In this document: positions 53,337 to 62,416 of the stretch, in pieces
How positions within the stretch are numbered: position 1 is the first letter of the stretch
Layout of the letters: the number at the start of each line of letters is the position of its first letter
NCBI GenBank assembly: GCA_024672275.1
Contig: GCA_024672275.1_4536.1
Origin: a phage
DNA: 64,000 nucleotides
Reading direction: 5' to 3' (one strand)
Notes under the pieces: generated by a model
Databases searched by the model: none
Seen by the model: the letters and a program-made list of their open reading frames with translations, nothing else
What the model was told of the DNA's origin: nothing
Program-made: the position numbers and the translations under genes

Positions 53337-54280
53337 TATAGCTCCTCAAATAAAAGTCTACGACGCTCATTCAACACATCAATGTGATAATGAGTCCTGA
53401 CATACTTAGCTAATGCTAATCCTTTCTCCATGCAAACATCGGGAGCACTTAATAAGTATTCCGTAATATCTTTCCACTCGGAAGGTGTTTCAGCAAAGAA
53501 TAACAAATCTTTAAACTCTTGTGTATGATAATTCTCACGAGGAGAACAGATCAAAGGTAAACCCTTAGCACCTGCCTCAAGAATTTTAAGATTGCTTTTT
53601 GCATTATTAAACACGTTATCAATCAATGGCGCAAGACTGATTTGATGACCATCGTAAGATTCCATGTAGTTGGCATATGGTCTTACACCTTCATAAACAC
53701 AAGTTGGTGCTACATTTTCTCTGATTACAGACCATTCACGACTACTTAAAACTTCAGAATCCCTACGAAAACCACATATTGTAAGGTCTTTACCAAAATC
53801 GGGCAAGATAGCCAAATCTTGTTTATGTGTTTCACTTCCAGCCCAGACTAATGGAGTTTTGGAGTAGCGATCACGGGTCAACACAAATTGACCTTCATCG
53901 TAAGGAAGTCCATTAGGGATTATGTGCACATTATCATTGTATTGTGAAAGTTCAACTTGCAAAGCAGGTGTCGTAGTTGTAACAAGATCGCTGTGCTCTA
54001 AAAACCATTTTAAATGTTCACGAATACCTGATTCAAAAATACCTTCTAACATGTGTCCTTTTGGAATAACTAAAGAGTCATCCAAATCCATAACCATTTT
54101 AAAGCCTAGGTTTTTAAGGGCTAAAAAGCCCTCTTTACCTTTTGTTGGCACTCCGTTAAAAACGAAAACGTTGTATTTAGGTTGTGAAGAGAACTGCCTT
54201 GAGTAAGGCAGCACTACCCTATGGAAATCGCAGACACTATAATTGATTCCGTTACGATTGTCAAGAATTATTTGTCCCAT
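53336..54280 (-). CDS. putative glycosyltransferase, GT-B/GT1-like (paralog 1)
   Basis: 314 aa; C-terminal KILEAGAKGLPLICS resembles GT1 E-x-x-A-x-G-x-P motif; paralogous to 54288..55235. Confidence 0.5.
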   Translation of the reverse strand: MGQIILDNRNGINYSVCDFHRVVLPYSRQFSSQPKYNVFVFNGVPTKGKEGFLALKNLGFKMVMDLDDSLVIPKGHMLEGIFESGIREHLKWFLEHSDLVTTTTPALQVELSQYNDNVHIIPNGLPYDEGQFVLTRDRYSKTPLVWAGSETHKQDLAILPDFGKDLTICGFRRDSEVLSSREWSVIRENVAPTCVYEGVRPYANYMESYDGHQISLAPLIDNVFNNAKSNLKILEAGAKGLPLICSPRENYHTQEFKDLLFFAETPSEWKDITEYLLSAPDVCMEKGLALAKYVRTHYHIDVLNERRRLLFEEL

Positions 54281-54287
54281 ACTTCAC

Positions 54288-55235
54288 CTACAAACTTTCA
54301 ATAACCTGGCGTCGCAACTCATTTGCATCTGCCAGATTATAATGTGTTCGAACATGTTCAGCCAAGAACAAGCCACGATCTTCCCGATAGTTTGGATTGC
54401 GAAGAAGCTTAACAATTTCGTAATGCCATTCTGCTTTGTTCTCTGCGTAAGCAACAGCACGAGCATCTACAGGGTTAAAATAAGGTAATACCTTAGAACA
54501 AACAATCGGAATACCCTTTGCTCCAGCTTCTAGGATTTTGAGATTACTTTTACAATTATTAAAATCATTATCTACCAAAGGAGCTATAGCAATAGCATGA
54601 CTTTCGTAAACACTCATGTAATTATCTAAATCTTTTACAGCAGCTTTATATTTAGCATTTGGTAAATTTCTGCGAATCTTAATCCACTCTTGTCCCGTGA
54701 TGCTCTGCGATGCTTCATATCCCGCAATAGTAAGAAGTTCATCATCGAAAGTATTAGAGACTAGTCGTAAATCGGGTTCGTGACTAGCACCGCCAGCCCA
54801 TACAACAGGGGTACCGGATGAACGATCATTTGACAAAGTGAATTGTCCACTATCAAAAGGAAGTGCATTTCGGATCACAACAACATTCCTATTTAAGTGA
54901 CGGATCTTATATGCCAAATATTCTGTAGTCACAATAACCACATCAGCAAGCTTAACCATAGCTACAATAGCATGAGTGTTTGACTCGTATAGACTTGCTA
55001 AATAATGTTCTGGATTAAGTTGGTAGAAATCATCTAAATCTACAACAATCTTAACACCTTGACGTTTCAAAGATAAAACGTATTCTGCACCTTTAGAGTG
55101 GATACGGTTAAACACAACAACATCTTTCTTAGGTTGAAGATTATGGTTGTTAAATGGCATAACAATACGATGATAGTCACAACCGCTGTGAGGTTTTGCA
55201 TCAATTTTTAGTTTAGACCATTTTTTATTTGACAT
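54288..55235 (-). CDS. putative glycosyltransferase, GT-B/GT1-like (paralog 2)
   Basis: 315 aa; shares CDYHR, VVDLDD, PVVWAGG, SNLKILEAGAKGIPIVCS, VRTHY blocks with the adjacent paralog. Confidence 0.5.
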   Translation of the reverse strand: MSNKKWSKLKIDAKPHSGCDYHRIVMPFNNHNLQPKKDVVVFNRIHSKGAEYVLSLKRQGVKIVVDLDDFYQLNPEHYLASLYESNTHAIVAMVKLADVVIVTTEYLAYKIRHLNRNVVVIRNALPFDSGQFTLSNDRSSGTPVVWAGGASHEPDLRLVSNTFDDELLTIAGYEASQSITGQEWIKIRRNLPNAKYKAAVKDLDNYMSVYESHAIAIAPLVDNDFNNCKSNLKILEAGAKGIPIVCSKVLPYFNPVDARAVAYAENKAEWHYEIVKLLRNPNYREDRGLFLAEHVRTHYNLADANELRRQVIESL

Positions 55236-55908
55236 GTGCTAGTGCCTCCTCATAGGAAATTCGGATTTTCCCATTTTTAATATCCTCTAAAGATGCTTTA
55301 TATTCTTCCCAGTTAATCCCGATAGCAGCTTCTTTCTCTTCTTTTGTCAGATTAGCAAAAGGCATAGGATTGTTTCCAAAAACATCGTCTGGGTGGATAT
55401 AAGCCATGATACGAAGTGGACAAGGTGTTGCCTGAATACCATGATTCAAACCAGCAGCTTTCAAACGGTGTCCCCATTCGGCATCTTCAAAACCATAACC
55501 GTGAGTGTAAGGGCGGAAATAACCCATCTTCTCAACAACGGCACGAGAATACATTGCAAATTGACACATTGCAAGTTCCCAGAGAATAACTTCTCCTTTG
55601 CTTCCAACAACTTTATCTTTGAAGTACTCCGGCATACCAAAGAAATCCCATCCTCCAGAAACAGCTTGATCTACAAAGTATGTTTCCCATCCTTCCATGA
55701 CTGGGTAGCAATCGTCGTCAAAAATAAACCAATAATCATAACCTTCTTCATAAAACTGGTGTATAAGTTCATTCCTGGCATAAGCTACACCTTTACGGTC
55801 TGGATCGTTGAATACTCGAAAATCTGCACGTGGATCTGTTACAAGGTAGTCTTTAAGTGGGCGGACACCTACAGTGATAACACCCACTCCGATTTTAATA
55901 TTTTCCAT
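55225..55908 (-). CDS. putative glycosyltransferase, GT-A-like (DxD)
   Basis: 227 aa; GVAYARNELI ... DYWFIFDDDCYP pattern typical of nucleotide-sugar GT-A enzymes. Confidence 0.45.
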   Translation of the reverse strand: MENIKIGVGVITVGVRPLKDYLVTDPRADFRVFNDPDRKGVAYARNELIHQFYEEGYDYWFIFDDDCYPVMEGWETYFVDQAVSGGWDFFGMPEYFKDKVVGSKGEVILWELAMCQFAMYSRAVVEKMGYFRPYTHGYGFEDAEWGHRLKAAGLNHGIQATPCPLRIMAYIHPDDVFGNNPMPFANLTKEEKEAAIGINWEEYKASLEDIKNGKIRISYEEALAHVK

Positions 55909-55916
55909 TTTCTCTC

Positions 55917-56480
55917 CTAAATAGTTTTACTGTGATCGTGACAGTGTAATAAATGATGTATAGACCGTTGAGGATTTGTTTGACCTAATCTGTAAATGTG
56001 AAACAGATACATTCCCCGCATCAATCCTAACCTCTTTCCTTTTTCATGTAAAGTGCGAGAGAAAATTAAGTCGAATTGGATAGATTTTTCTTCAAAAGGA
56101 ATTTCATTCCACAATGATTTTCTAAAAAGCAAAAAGAAACCTGCCAAAGGTGTTCCGAAAGGAACTTCTTCAACACTCACTTTATGATATTCTCTTGCAA
56201 TCTTAGCATATTCTATATGGTTTAGAATATCTGGATCATCGTTAATTTGGTTAGAGAAAAGCTGATAACCACTGCCTAACCTGTTACAAGTTGCACCTAT
56301 TACATCAAAAGGCGGGTTTGACATAACAAGCTCTTCAAGCATAGATGGTTGATCAGGTAGGAGGAACATTGTATCGGTATCTCTTAAACACACCCAACTA
56401 TCATCTGGAAGAACGGCAATGGCTTCATTGATAGCCTTGCCGATATTTCCTGTCAGATAGGGAGTAATATAATAAATCAT
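55917..56480 (-). CDS. putative glycosyltransferase-like protein (second DxD protein)
   Basis: 187 aa; LRDTDTMF DxD-like motif after N-terminal beta-alpha start. Confidence 0.35.
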   Translation of the reverse strand: MIYYITPYLTGNIGKAINEAIAVLPDDSWVCLRDTDTMFLLPDQPSMLEELVMSNPPFDVIGATCNRLGSGYQLFSNQINDDPDILNHIEYAKIAREYHKVSVEEVPFGTPLAGFFLLFRKSLWNEIPFEEKSIQFDLIFSRTLHEKGKRLGLMRGMYLFHIYRLGQTNPQRSIHHLLHCHDHSKTI

Positions 56481-56496
56481 TCTCCCCTCCGTTATA

Positions 56497-56688
56497 TTAA
56501 CTGTCGGCTACAATCCCGCGTTTAATCATTTCCTGTTGGATTTGGATGACACGATCTCGTGCTTCCATGTATTCTTTAAAAGATTCTTGAAGATGGTCAC
56601 GAGCTACGTCTCGTAGCTTAATCAGTTTGTCGTTTGTCACTTCTTGAAGAGAGATTTCGCCAGTTTCATTGGTCCCAAGCGTTTTCAT
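56497..56688 (-). CDS. hypothetical small protein (63 aa)
   Basis: ORF with overlapping start/stop coupling. Confidence 0.4.
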   Translation of the reverse strand: MKTLGTNETGEISLQEVTNDKLIKLRDVARDHLQESFKEYMEARDRVIQIQQEMIKRGIVADS

Positions 56689-56896
56689 TTACAACCTCCT
56701 TAATAGCTACTGCACAGTTCTTACAAATACATTGACCTTTGTTCTTAGAAATTTCAATGTAAGGTTCATTTTCGTTTTCTCCGCGTCGTGAGTCGTATAT
56801 TACTGTATTGAAGCAGACAACGCAAATGTTTTTAATAACGACATATTTTTGCACTTTCTGTTTAGTGCGAAAATTGACTTCAATGACTTCTCCCAT
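56666..56896 (-). CDS. small zinc-ribbon protein (76 aa)
   Basis: ATG 56896 with GGGGAG RBS; CVVCF ... CICKNC. Confidence 0.45.
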   Translation of the reverse strand: MGEVIEVNFRTKQKVQKYVVIKNICVVCFNTVIYDSRRGENENEPYIEISKNKGQCICKNCAVAIKEVVNENAWDQ

Positions 56897-57180
56897 CAAT
56901 GAATCTCCCCTAAAATGTTGTTTTGAGACATTACTGCGGAGCATTCTACAGCATCATGAGTCCTTGCAAAACGCTCCCACAACACAGCATCTACTTTAAG
57001 AACCATACAAGGATAAATACTGTCGTTGATCATATCAATGCTATATTTATCTACATCGTTTTCATCTTCCATAAACAAAGTAGCGTATGCTTCTAAATGC
57101 TTACGGGTGTAGTATACATCCTCTTCGGTAAGACCGACAACCAGGTAACTTGCTACAACAACAGTATTATCTTCTTGCAT
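56896..57180 (-). CDS. hypothetical protein (94 aa)
   Basis: ATG 57180..57178 with GGGGAG 5 nt upstream (internal Met of ORF-track 56896..57243). Confidence 0.45.
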   Translation of the reverse strand: MQEDNTVVVASYLVVGLTEEDVYYTRKHLEAYATLFMEDENDVDKYSIDMINDSIYPCMVLKVDAVLWERFARTHDAVECSAVMSQNNILGEIH

Positions 57181-57181
57181 T

Positions 57182-57703
57182 TTAACTCCCCTTTGGTAGA
57201 TAGAAACCATGCACTTTATCTCGATAAACAAGACGCATATCACGTTCCCAGTGTGTCTTTATATTCCGTTTCTTGAAATATAGAGCACCTTTAGTAACAT
57301 CTAAAACAGACCGCAATTCAGGAAAATGTTTCTCTAGATAAAGTAAACGCTCCGCTATTGCTTTTGCTTCCTGCCACTTATCTTTCTCTGTTACGTTAAA
57401 AGTTTTCGCATATGAGAATTGTCCTTTCTGGAACAAGACTCCTCTGACTGTGTTAGGGAAGTAGGTATCATTTCTTCTGTTGATTACCACATTCCCAACG
57501 GCATTCATTCCTTTTTTACCCAGACCGCGACCTTCTGCGTAAATTGCACAAGCTAATAGAATTTTATCATTATATTGCTTTGTACATTTGTGAACTACTT
57601 TAGCGGTTTTTACGTTTGCAGCTTCGGCTTTCGCCACAACAGGTGTAAATGTAAAAGCAGTTAAGGATAGTAACGCAACTGTTACAAAGTTTTTTATCAG
57701 CAA
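57182..57703 (-). CDS. secreted cell-wall hydrolase, SleB/CwlJ-like (candidate signal-peptide endolysin)
   Basis: 173 aa; TTG start with AAGGAGG; N-terminal signal peptide (LLSLTAFTFTPVVAKA); ACAIYAEGRGLGKKGMNAVGNVVINRRN matches SleB/CwlJ core. Confidence 0.65.
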   Translation of the reverse strand: MLIKNFVTVALLSLTAFTFTPVVAKAEAANVKTAKVVHKCTKQYNDKILLACAIYAEGRGLGKKGMNAVGNVVINRRNDTYFPNTVRGVLFQKGQFSYAKTFNVTEKDKWQEAKAIAERLLYLEKHFPELRSVLDVTKGALYFKKRNIKTHWERDMRLVYRDKVHGFYLPKGS

Positions 57704-57735
57704 ATTTTGCCTCCTTTTTAAGTTAACGAATTTCT

Positions 57736-57764
57736 AGTATAACACGATAGAGGCTTTATTGCAA
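57736..57764 (-). promoter_or_regulatory. sigma70-like promoter (minus strand) for hydrolase gene
   Basis: ttgcaa (57764..57759), 17-nt spacer, tatact (57741..57736); preceded by GC hairpin 57765-57784. Confidence 0.55.
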
Positions 57765-57802
57765 GAGGGGGATTTCTCCCCCTCAAAATCATTTGTTAAT
57801 TA

Positions 57803-58405
57803 TTATGGACATTCATACCATTCTTTTTTACCACCGAAGGCCATCACCACATCACAAATATCCAGACCAGCTTTACCTACACCATATGCTTTCAGCTTCC
57901 ATTCCCCATCTTCACGAACCAAGGAAGCCACGTGGCAGATTGTGTTGCCAGCTACTTCAGGAGCCAGGAAGTCAAAATCCAGAATTTCCACATTGCGCTC
58001 GGAGTCAAAGATTTTAAGCATACCTTCAGAAGCATGACCAAAACGTTTCAGACCTGTATCATCATCAATGGTCAGAACAAAGGCAATCTCTTGTGCATCA
58101 GGAGAGATTTTAGCCAGAGTAATATCAATCTGCTCCATGCTGCCAGTTCCATCACGAACATCGTCACCAGCGAAGGTAGAACGTTCAGGATCAAACTTGT
58201 TAGCATAGCAAACCAGGTGACGTGCAGACAGCATTTCAGGATTGCCAGCGGCATTGTGACGACAAACCAGTGCACTTACATCCAGATCCAGTTTAGAATC
58301 AGATTTCCAAGAGAATTCCAGGCGCAGTTCTTTCAGAGCCGGAGCAACTTTCTTCAGGGAAATTTTTTCGCTAGAGCCTTTTTTCAGGGAAATTTTATCA
58401 GTCAT
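57803..58405 (-). CDS. TerD-family protein
   Basis: 200 aa; MTDKISLKKGSSEKISLKK, DLDVSAL, AFVLTIDDD, REDGEWKLKAYGVGKAG align block-for-block with bacterial TerD. Confidence 0.75.
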   Translation of the reverse strand: MTDKISLKKGSSEKISLKKVAPALKELRLEFSWKSDSKLDLDVSALVCRHNAAGNPEMLSARHLVCYANKFDPERSTFAGDDVRDGTGSMEQIDITLAKISPDAQEIAFVLTIDDDTGLKRFGHASEGMLKIFDSERNVEILDFDFLAPEVAGNTICHVASLVREDGEWKLKAYGVGKAGLDICDVVMAFGGKKEWYECP

Positions 58406-58420
58406 CTTTTGTCTCCTCTA

Positions 58421-58690
58421 TTATTTAAGTGTAATACCAGTTACAGTCAATTCTACTTCCAAAAGCTTAGATGTGTTTTGGATTGATACTAATTGTGCAT
58501 GATGGTTTAGTTCTACAGCAGAACAATCATTTTCCCCATCATCTACTTTTAAATAAACAATGATTTCACTAAGGTCTAAACCATTTTCGTCAAATGCATT
58601 TTCATAGACGAAAGTATCTCCTACATCCAAATCTTTAATGGTAAGGCATCGTTTATTTACTTTTTGCTCATCAATTTCGAAGTTTAACAC
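58421..58690 (-). CDS. small partner protein, paralog B of duplicated cassette
   Basis: 89 aa; LDVGDTFVYENAFDENGLD ... VELTVTGITLK; paralogous to 59712..59990. Confidence 0.5.
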   Translation of the reverse strand: MLNFEIDEQKVNKRCLTIKDLDVGDTFVYENAFDENGLDLSEIIVYLKVDDGENDCSAVELNHHAQLVSIQNTSKLLEVELTVTGITLK

Positions 58691-58919
58691 TTCTTCCTCC
58701 TAATGTTATCTCCGGTTTGTATATACGAAGAATTATAGCATTTTCATTTTCTTTGTCAACCCATTCTTCATAATCGGGCCATACATGAATCTCTACTCTA
58801 CTTACAATATCTTCCATTCGCACAGTCCCAATGAAATACTCTTTGAGACTGCGCATAATGAAAGCTTCTCTCTCGCGCCAATAATTTTCTATGACTTGAG
58901 AGGCAAGCTCGTCGATCAT
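58671..58919 (-). CDS. hypothetical protein (82 aa)
   Basis: ORF between the two cassettes. Confidence 0.4.
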   Translation of the reverse strand: MIDELASQVIENYWREREAFIMRSLKEYFIGTVRMEDIVSRVEIHVWPDYEEWVDKENENAIILRIYKPEITLGGRSVKLRN

Positions 58920-59710
58920 TTTTTAGCACCTACTTTAACAACCCACTCTCCGAACTCTTCAGATAAGAGTTTGTCATAAAGCTCTGAATCTGTCAAGTCT
59001 AAATCTTTAATGCCAATAAAACCAACATTATCATAAGCATTTGCCAGTTCTTTCAGGAAGCCGAACTTCTCATTACCAACGCCAACCATGAACCAATAAA
59101 TAGGTTTATTCTTATTCTCTTCGATAAGACGACGAACAGCACTAGGATCACCATTCTCACCATCCGTCTGGAAGAATACAACACCAGGGGTAACGTCAGC
59201 ACCTGGTTCAGATACAGCTACAACCTTTTCACGCTCTACAGATACTGTTTCAGTTTTACCAAGCAGACGATTAAAGAAGCCTTTCTTTGGAGCCTCTTCT
59301 TGTACCACTTGTTTAGTGGTAATATATTTGGTAACAGTGCCAAAATACTCATCGTAGATATCTGCCATTACAGGGGCGTAATTTGTTCCACCTCCGATAC
59401 GAACATTACGCATACATTTACCAACATAGTCATCGTAAACGTCTGCTGTTGCTGGAGTAAGCTCTTGAGAACTCGTATTGAAGGCCCACATGTCAATTTG
59501 TTCATTATCGTCGAACAGCATACCAAAAGGAAGCAGTTTACCTACAAAATCACTCACTACCCCACGAGCATATAGACCATGCATACTACCAGAAATATCT
59601 AAAGCACATGCTACACGAAGAACAATCTTACCTTCATTCAGGTTCTTATTCTTTTTCAGAGAGAAAGCAAGGTTTTCTTGACGTTTTTTCAGGCTGATTT
59701 TCTCGGACAT
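58916..59710 (-). CDS. vWA-domain protein with TerD-like N-terminal leader
   Basis: 264 aa; MIDAS-type ALDISGSM and downstream GGGTNY; N-terminus MSEKISLKKRQENLAFSLKK mirrors the TerD N-terminus. Confidence 0.6.
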   Translation of the reverse strand: MSEKISLKKRQENLAFSLKKNKNLNEGKIVLRVACALDISGSMHGLYARGVVSDFVGKLLPFGMLFDDNEQIDMWAFNTSSQELTPATADVYDDYVGKCMRNVRIGGGTNYAPVMADIYDEYFGTVTKYITTKQVVQEEAPKKGFFNRLLGKTETVSVEREKVVAVSEPGADVTPGVVFFQTDGENGDPSAVRRLIEENKNKPIYWFMVGVGNEKFGFLKELANAYDNVGFIGIKDLDLTDSELYDKLLSEEFGEWVVKVGAKK

Positions 59711-59711
59711 A

Positions 59712-59990
59712 TTATTTCTCCTTCTTAAGTGTAATGTTGGTAACTTCTAAATCTACTTCCACCATATTTGTATCTGGCGGGATGCAATGAGTATATCCTC
59801 GTTGTGCTAGTGATCCATTAATACAGATCGCACTGTTTGTGGAATTTTTAATGAACACCAAGTTACGGTAGGTATCCAACCCTGCGTCTTCATAGGCATC
59901 ATAATACATGAATGTGGCCCCTATGCCAAGATCTTCGAAAGCAATAGGTAAATCCTGACACTTTTCTTCTTGAATATTGAATCTAAACAC
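59712..59990 (-). CDS. small partner protein, paralog A of duplicated cassette
   Basis: GTG 59990..59988 with GAGGAGG upstream (ORF-track start 60056 overlaps upstream gene); LGIGATFMYYDAYEDAGLD ... VDLEVTNITLKKEK. Confidence 0.5.
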   Translation of the reverse strand: MFRFNIQEEKCQDLPIAFEDLGIGATFMYYDAYEDAGLDTYRNLVFIKNSTNSAICINGSLAQRGYTHCIPPDTNMVEVDLEVTNITLKKEK

Positions 59991-60546
59991 GCATACCTCC
60001 TCTACCAATTTTGAAGCCCAAATCGTAAGCTTCCTTAGTGATCTTTTGTAACTCACTTATAGGAAGTGTTACAAGAGGATCATCTTCTTCAATTTCCATC
60101 TTGTCATCTTCTGTTTCAATGAGAGTATTATGCACTTTGTGATAAGGGTTGTCAACACGTTTAAACTTATTCTTTTCTGTGCTGAAAAAACAATCTGGAT
60201 CTTCTTCACCATCACCCCAACCTTGGTTAGGATCTCCGTCAGATTGTTCTGTAGGGATTTCACCTGTAAAGTACTCTTCCAGCACCATAGCAATACCGTC
60301 CCTTGGATTTGAGGAATGCATTAAATCACAAACCTTACCCCAATCCATAGCCCATTCGAACCGTTCACGAACGCCATTTTCATCCTCCTTTCCAGAGAAA
60401 ACACAACCATAACTATCATAGTTGCCATACATCTCTTCAATAACAACACCGTCCTTCAAAAGAAAGAGATAACAAGGTGATCCGTCGAAAGAAGTAGAAA
60501 GGGCAGCTTTGCCCGATTCCTTACACAAAAAACTAAAACAACCCAT
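59983..60546 (-). CDS. hypothetical acidic protein (187 aa)
   Basis: ORF with RBS; Asp/Glu-rich C-terminal half. Confidence 0.45.
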   Translation of the reverse strand: MGCFSFLCKESGKAALSTSFDGSPCYLFLLKDGVVIEEMYGNYDSYGCVFSGKEDENGVRERFEWAMDWGKVCDLMHSSNPRDGIAMVLEEYFTGEIPTEQSDGDPNQGWGDGEEDPDCFFSTEKNKFKRVDNPYHKVHNTLIETEDDKMEIEEDDPLVTLPISELQKITKEAYDLGFKIGRGGMRV

Positions 60547-60944
60547 TACAAACCCTCCTTCAGATTATCAAGAGCTACAGTGGTTTCACAAAAGTCTCCA
60601 TACGTTTTATGATGTTCTAGAAAAGCTTCAGGTCCACCCCAATCATTATCTTGTGTATTCCAGCCATCAATAAAAGCATCTTCAATGATTGTGATCAGTT
60701 CCTGTCGAGTCAACGTAATGGTATCAGGTTTCTGCGTAGTTTCCACACGGAACCCTGGTTCTTCATAAAAACCTTTAGTTACAATGGACTCTAACTCTTC
60801 TGCATCACAGAGGAAGTAGCCACAAAGATAACACCAACCGTCATCATCTTTCATTACTTCATAAACTTCACCACTTGCTAACTTGATGAAAAGAGTAGGG
60901 TCTGTTACTGTAAGTTTTAAAAGAATACCTGTTGGATTATACAT
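60546..60944 (-). CDS. hypothetical protein (132 aa)
   Basis: ATG with GAGGAGGAAG RBS. Confidence 0.45.
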   Translation of the reverse strand: MYNPTGILLKLTVTDPTLFIKLASGEVYEVMKDDDGWCYLCGYFLCDAEELESIVTKGFYEEPGFRVETTQKPDTITLTRQELITIIEDAFIDGWNTQDNDWGGPEAFLEHHKTYGDFCETTVALDNLKEGL

Positions 60945-61110
60945 CTTCTTCCTCCTCTAAAATATGGAACCCGTAATTACAATAATCCTGAAAGGTTTCG
61001 TGTGCAAGATCTTCTATATCCTCTTGAGACATATCATCTTCAATTTCGATATCCACAACCTCATTGCATCCACACCAAGCAGTTTCAATATTCACTCGTA
61101 ATATTTTCAT
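60937..61110 (-). CDS. hypothetical small protein (57 aa)
   Basis: ATG 61110..61108 overlapping upstream stop; ends ILEEEEDV; below ORF-track cutoff. Confidence 0.35.
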   Translation of the reverse strand: MKILRVNIETAWCGCNEVVDIEIEDDMSQEDIEDLAHETFQDYCNYGFHILEEEEDV

Positions 61111-61307
61111 TACTCCTCCTCCTCATTGAAGTCAATATCTGCAAGGAGTTCGAATTTACGGAAGTTACGACAACCTTCATAAATATAACAATCACGACAA
61201 ACTGCTAGAACACTTGGGGGATATATGCCTCCCATCGGCGCGAATCGTTTTTCGTCATCATAACGGACACCAATGTCCTCATCAATTATATAGATACGGA
61301 TTCTCAT
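61110..61307 (-). CDS. hypothetical small Cys-containing protein (65 aa)
   Basis: ORF with start overlapping TelA-like gene stop. Confidence 0.4.
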   Translation of the reverse strand: MRIRIYIIDEDIGVRYDDEKRFAPMGGIYPPSVLAVCRDCYIYEGCRNFRKFELLADIDFNEEEE

Positions 61308-62416
61308 TTACCAAGCCCTCGTTTCACAGCAGCTACCATCCCGTCTTCCAGAGATTGAACTTCGTTAATATAATCAACACGAGCAGCACGGGCTTCCGTA
61401 TTGATGCGGTTAGTTTCTTCCAACATCTTAACCAAGTTTTCCTGATCGTGACGCAGAGTTTCAATATCCAACACTTGACGGTTAGCCAGTGCTGCTGCTT
61501 CGATCTGATTCTGTGTGGCAAGATCGCTACCCAGTTTAATTGCCAGGTTAAATTCATCAAGAACGTTATTCTGCGTCTCTGCTGCTTTCATTTGACGTAA
61601 GCTCTCGATATACATTGAGAAGTTAGCAGAGTAAGCAGGAATAACATTATTTACTATATTACGCGCAGATCGCATTAAGCTTGCAGAAACTTTTTGCATA
61701 CCTTGTACACGCGGTCCCATTTGGACACACAGTAGGCGCAATGCCTTTAAATCTGCAATACGAATCTCCAGAAGATCCAAAGTATCTCGGATCACTTGTC
61801 GCTGTTCTACTGCATCTTCTGGAAGAGCAGCCAAAGCTTGTTCTTCTTTTTCATAGGTTGCTGTTAGAAGCTGCATATCTCGGTTCAAACTTGCAGCATA
61901 TTGTCCAATAGCTTGATGTAGCTTTTCAAGATATACCAAGGAATCTTCTTCTTTGCGAATATCCATTTGAAGGTTCTTTACCAACTCTTCAATACGGTTA
62001 TTAACATTATCAAACTCCCCAAACAGGTCTTCTTTCATACCCATAACTTTTTTAATGAGTTTAGTAATACCCTTGCTTTGTTTAATAGAGTTTGGATCAA
62101 GTTGTTTTGCCTGTTTAATCAAAGCTGTGAGTCGTTCACTCATCTGATCGCCTTGATTACTACGTTGATGTTTTAACACCTCGGCATTCAAGGAACGCAA
62201 GGTTGTTCCTGCCTCTGCCCCAATCTCTTCAATCTCTTGTCGGGTCATAGAAGGCAAAACTGGAACTTCTTGCGGTGCCGCTGGTGCATAAACAGGACTG
62301 GCATCTAACACGCTTGGAGCGAATACAGATTTACTTGCATCTGTTGTTGCAGCGAATACACTCATTTCAGACTTCTTCTGACCACCAGTAGCTGCTTTTA
62401 AAAATGGACTTGTCAT
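61304..62416 (-). CDS. TelA-like (toxic anion resistance family) coiled-coil protein
   Basis: 370 aa, largely helical; size and composition fit TelA/KlaA and it sits next to TerD and vWA genes; family call is inference. Confidence 0.4.
   Translation of the reverse strand: MTSPFLKAATGGQKKSEMSVFAATTDASKSVFAPSVLDASPVYAPAAPQEVPVLPSMTRQEIEEIGAEAGTTLRSLNAEVLKHQRSNQGDQMSERLTALIKQAKQLDPNSIKQSKGITKLIKKVMGMKEDLFGEFDNVNNRIEELVKNLQMDIRKEEDSLVYLEKLHQAIGQYAASLNRDMQLLTATYEKEEQALAALPEDAVEQRQVIRDTLDLLEIRIADLKALRLLCVQMGPRVQGMQKVSASLMRSARNIVNNVIPAYSANFSMYIESLRQMKAAETQNNVLDEFNLAIKLGSDLATQNQIEAAALANRQVLDIETLRHDQENLVKMLEETNRINTEARAARVDYINEVQSLEDGMVAAVKRGLGK

Noticed and set aside
55393-55920. 175-aa plus-strand ORF antisense to the GT-A-like gene; similarly 57932..58486 antisense to TerD and 53922..54206 antisense to a GT-B gene
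   Set aside because: All are inside minus-strand genes with recognisable domain motifs; no independent start signals.
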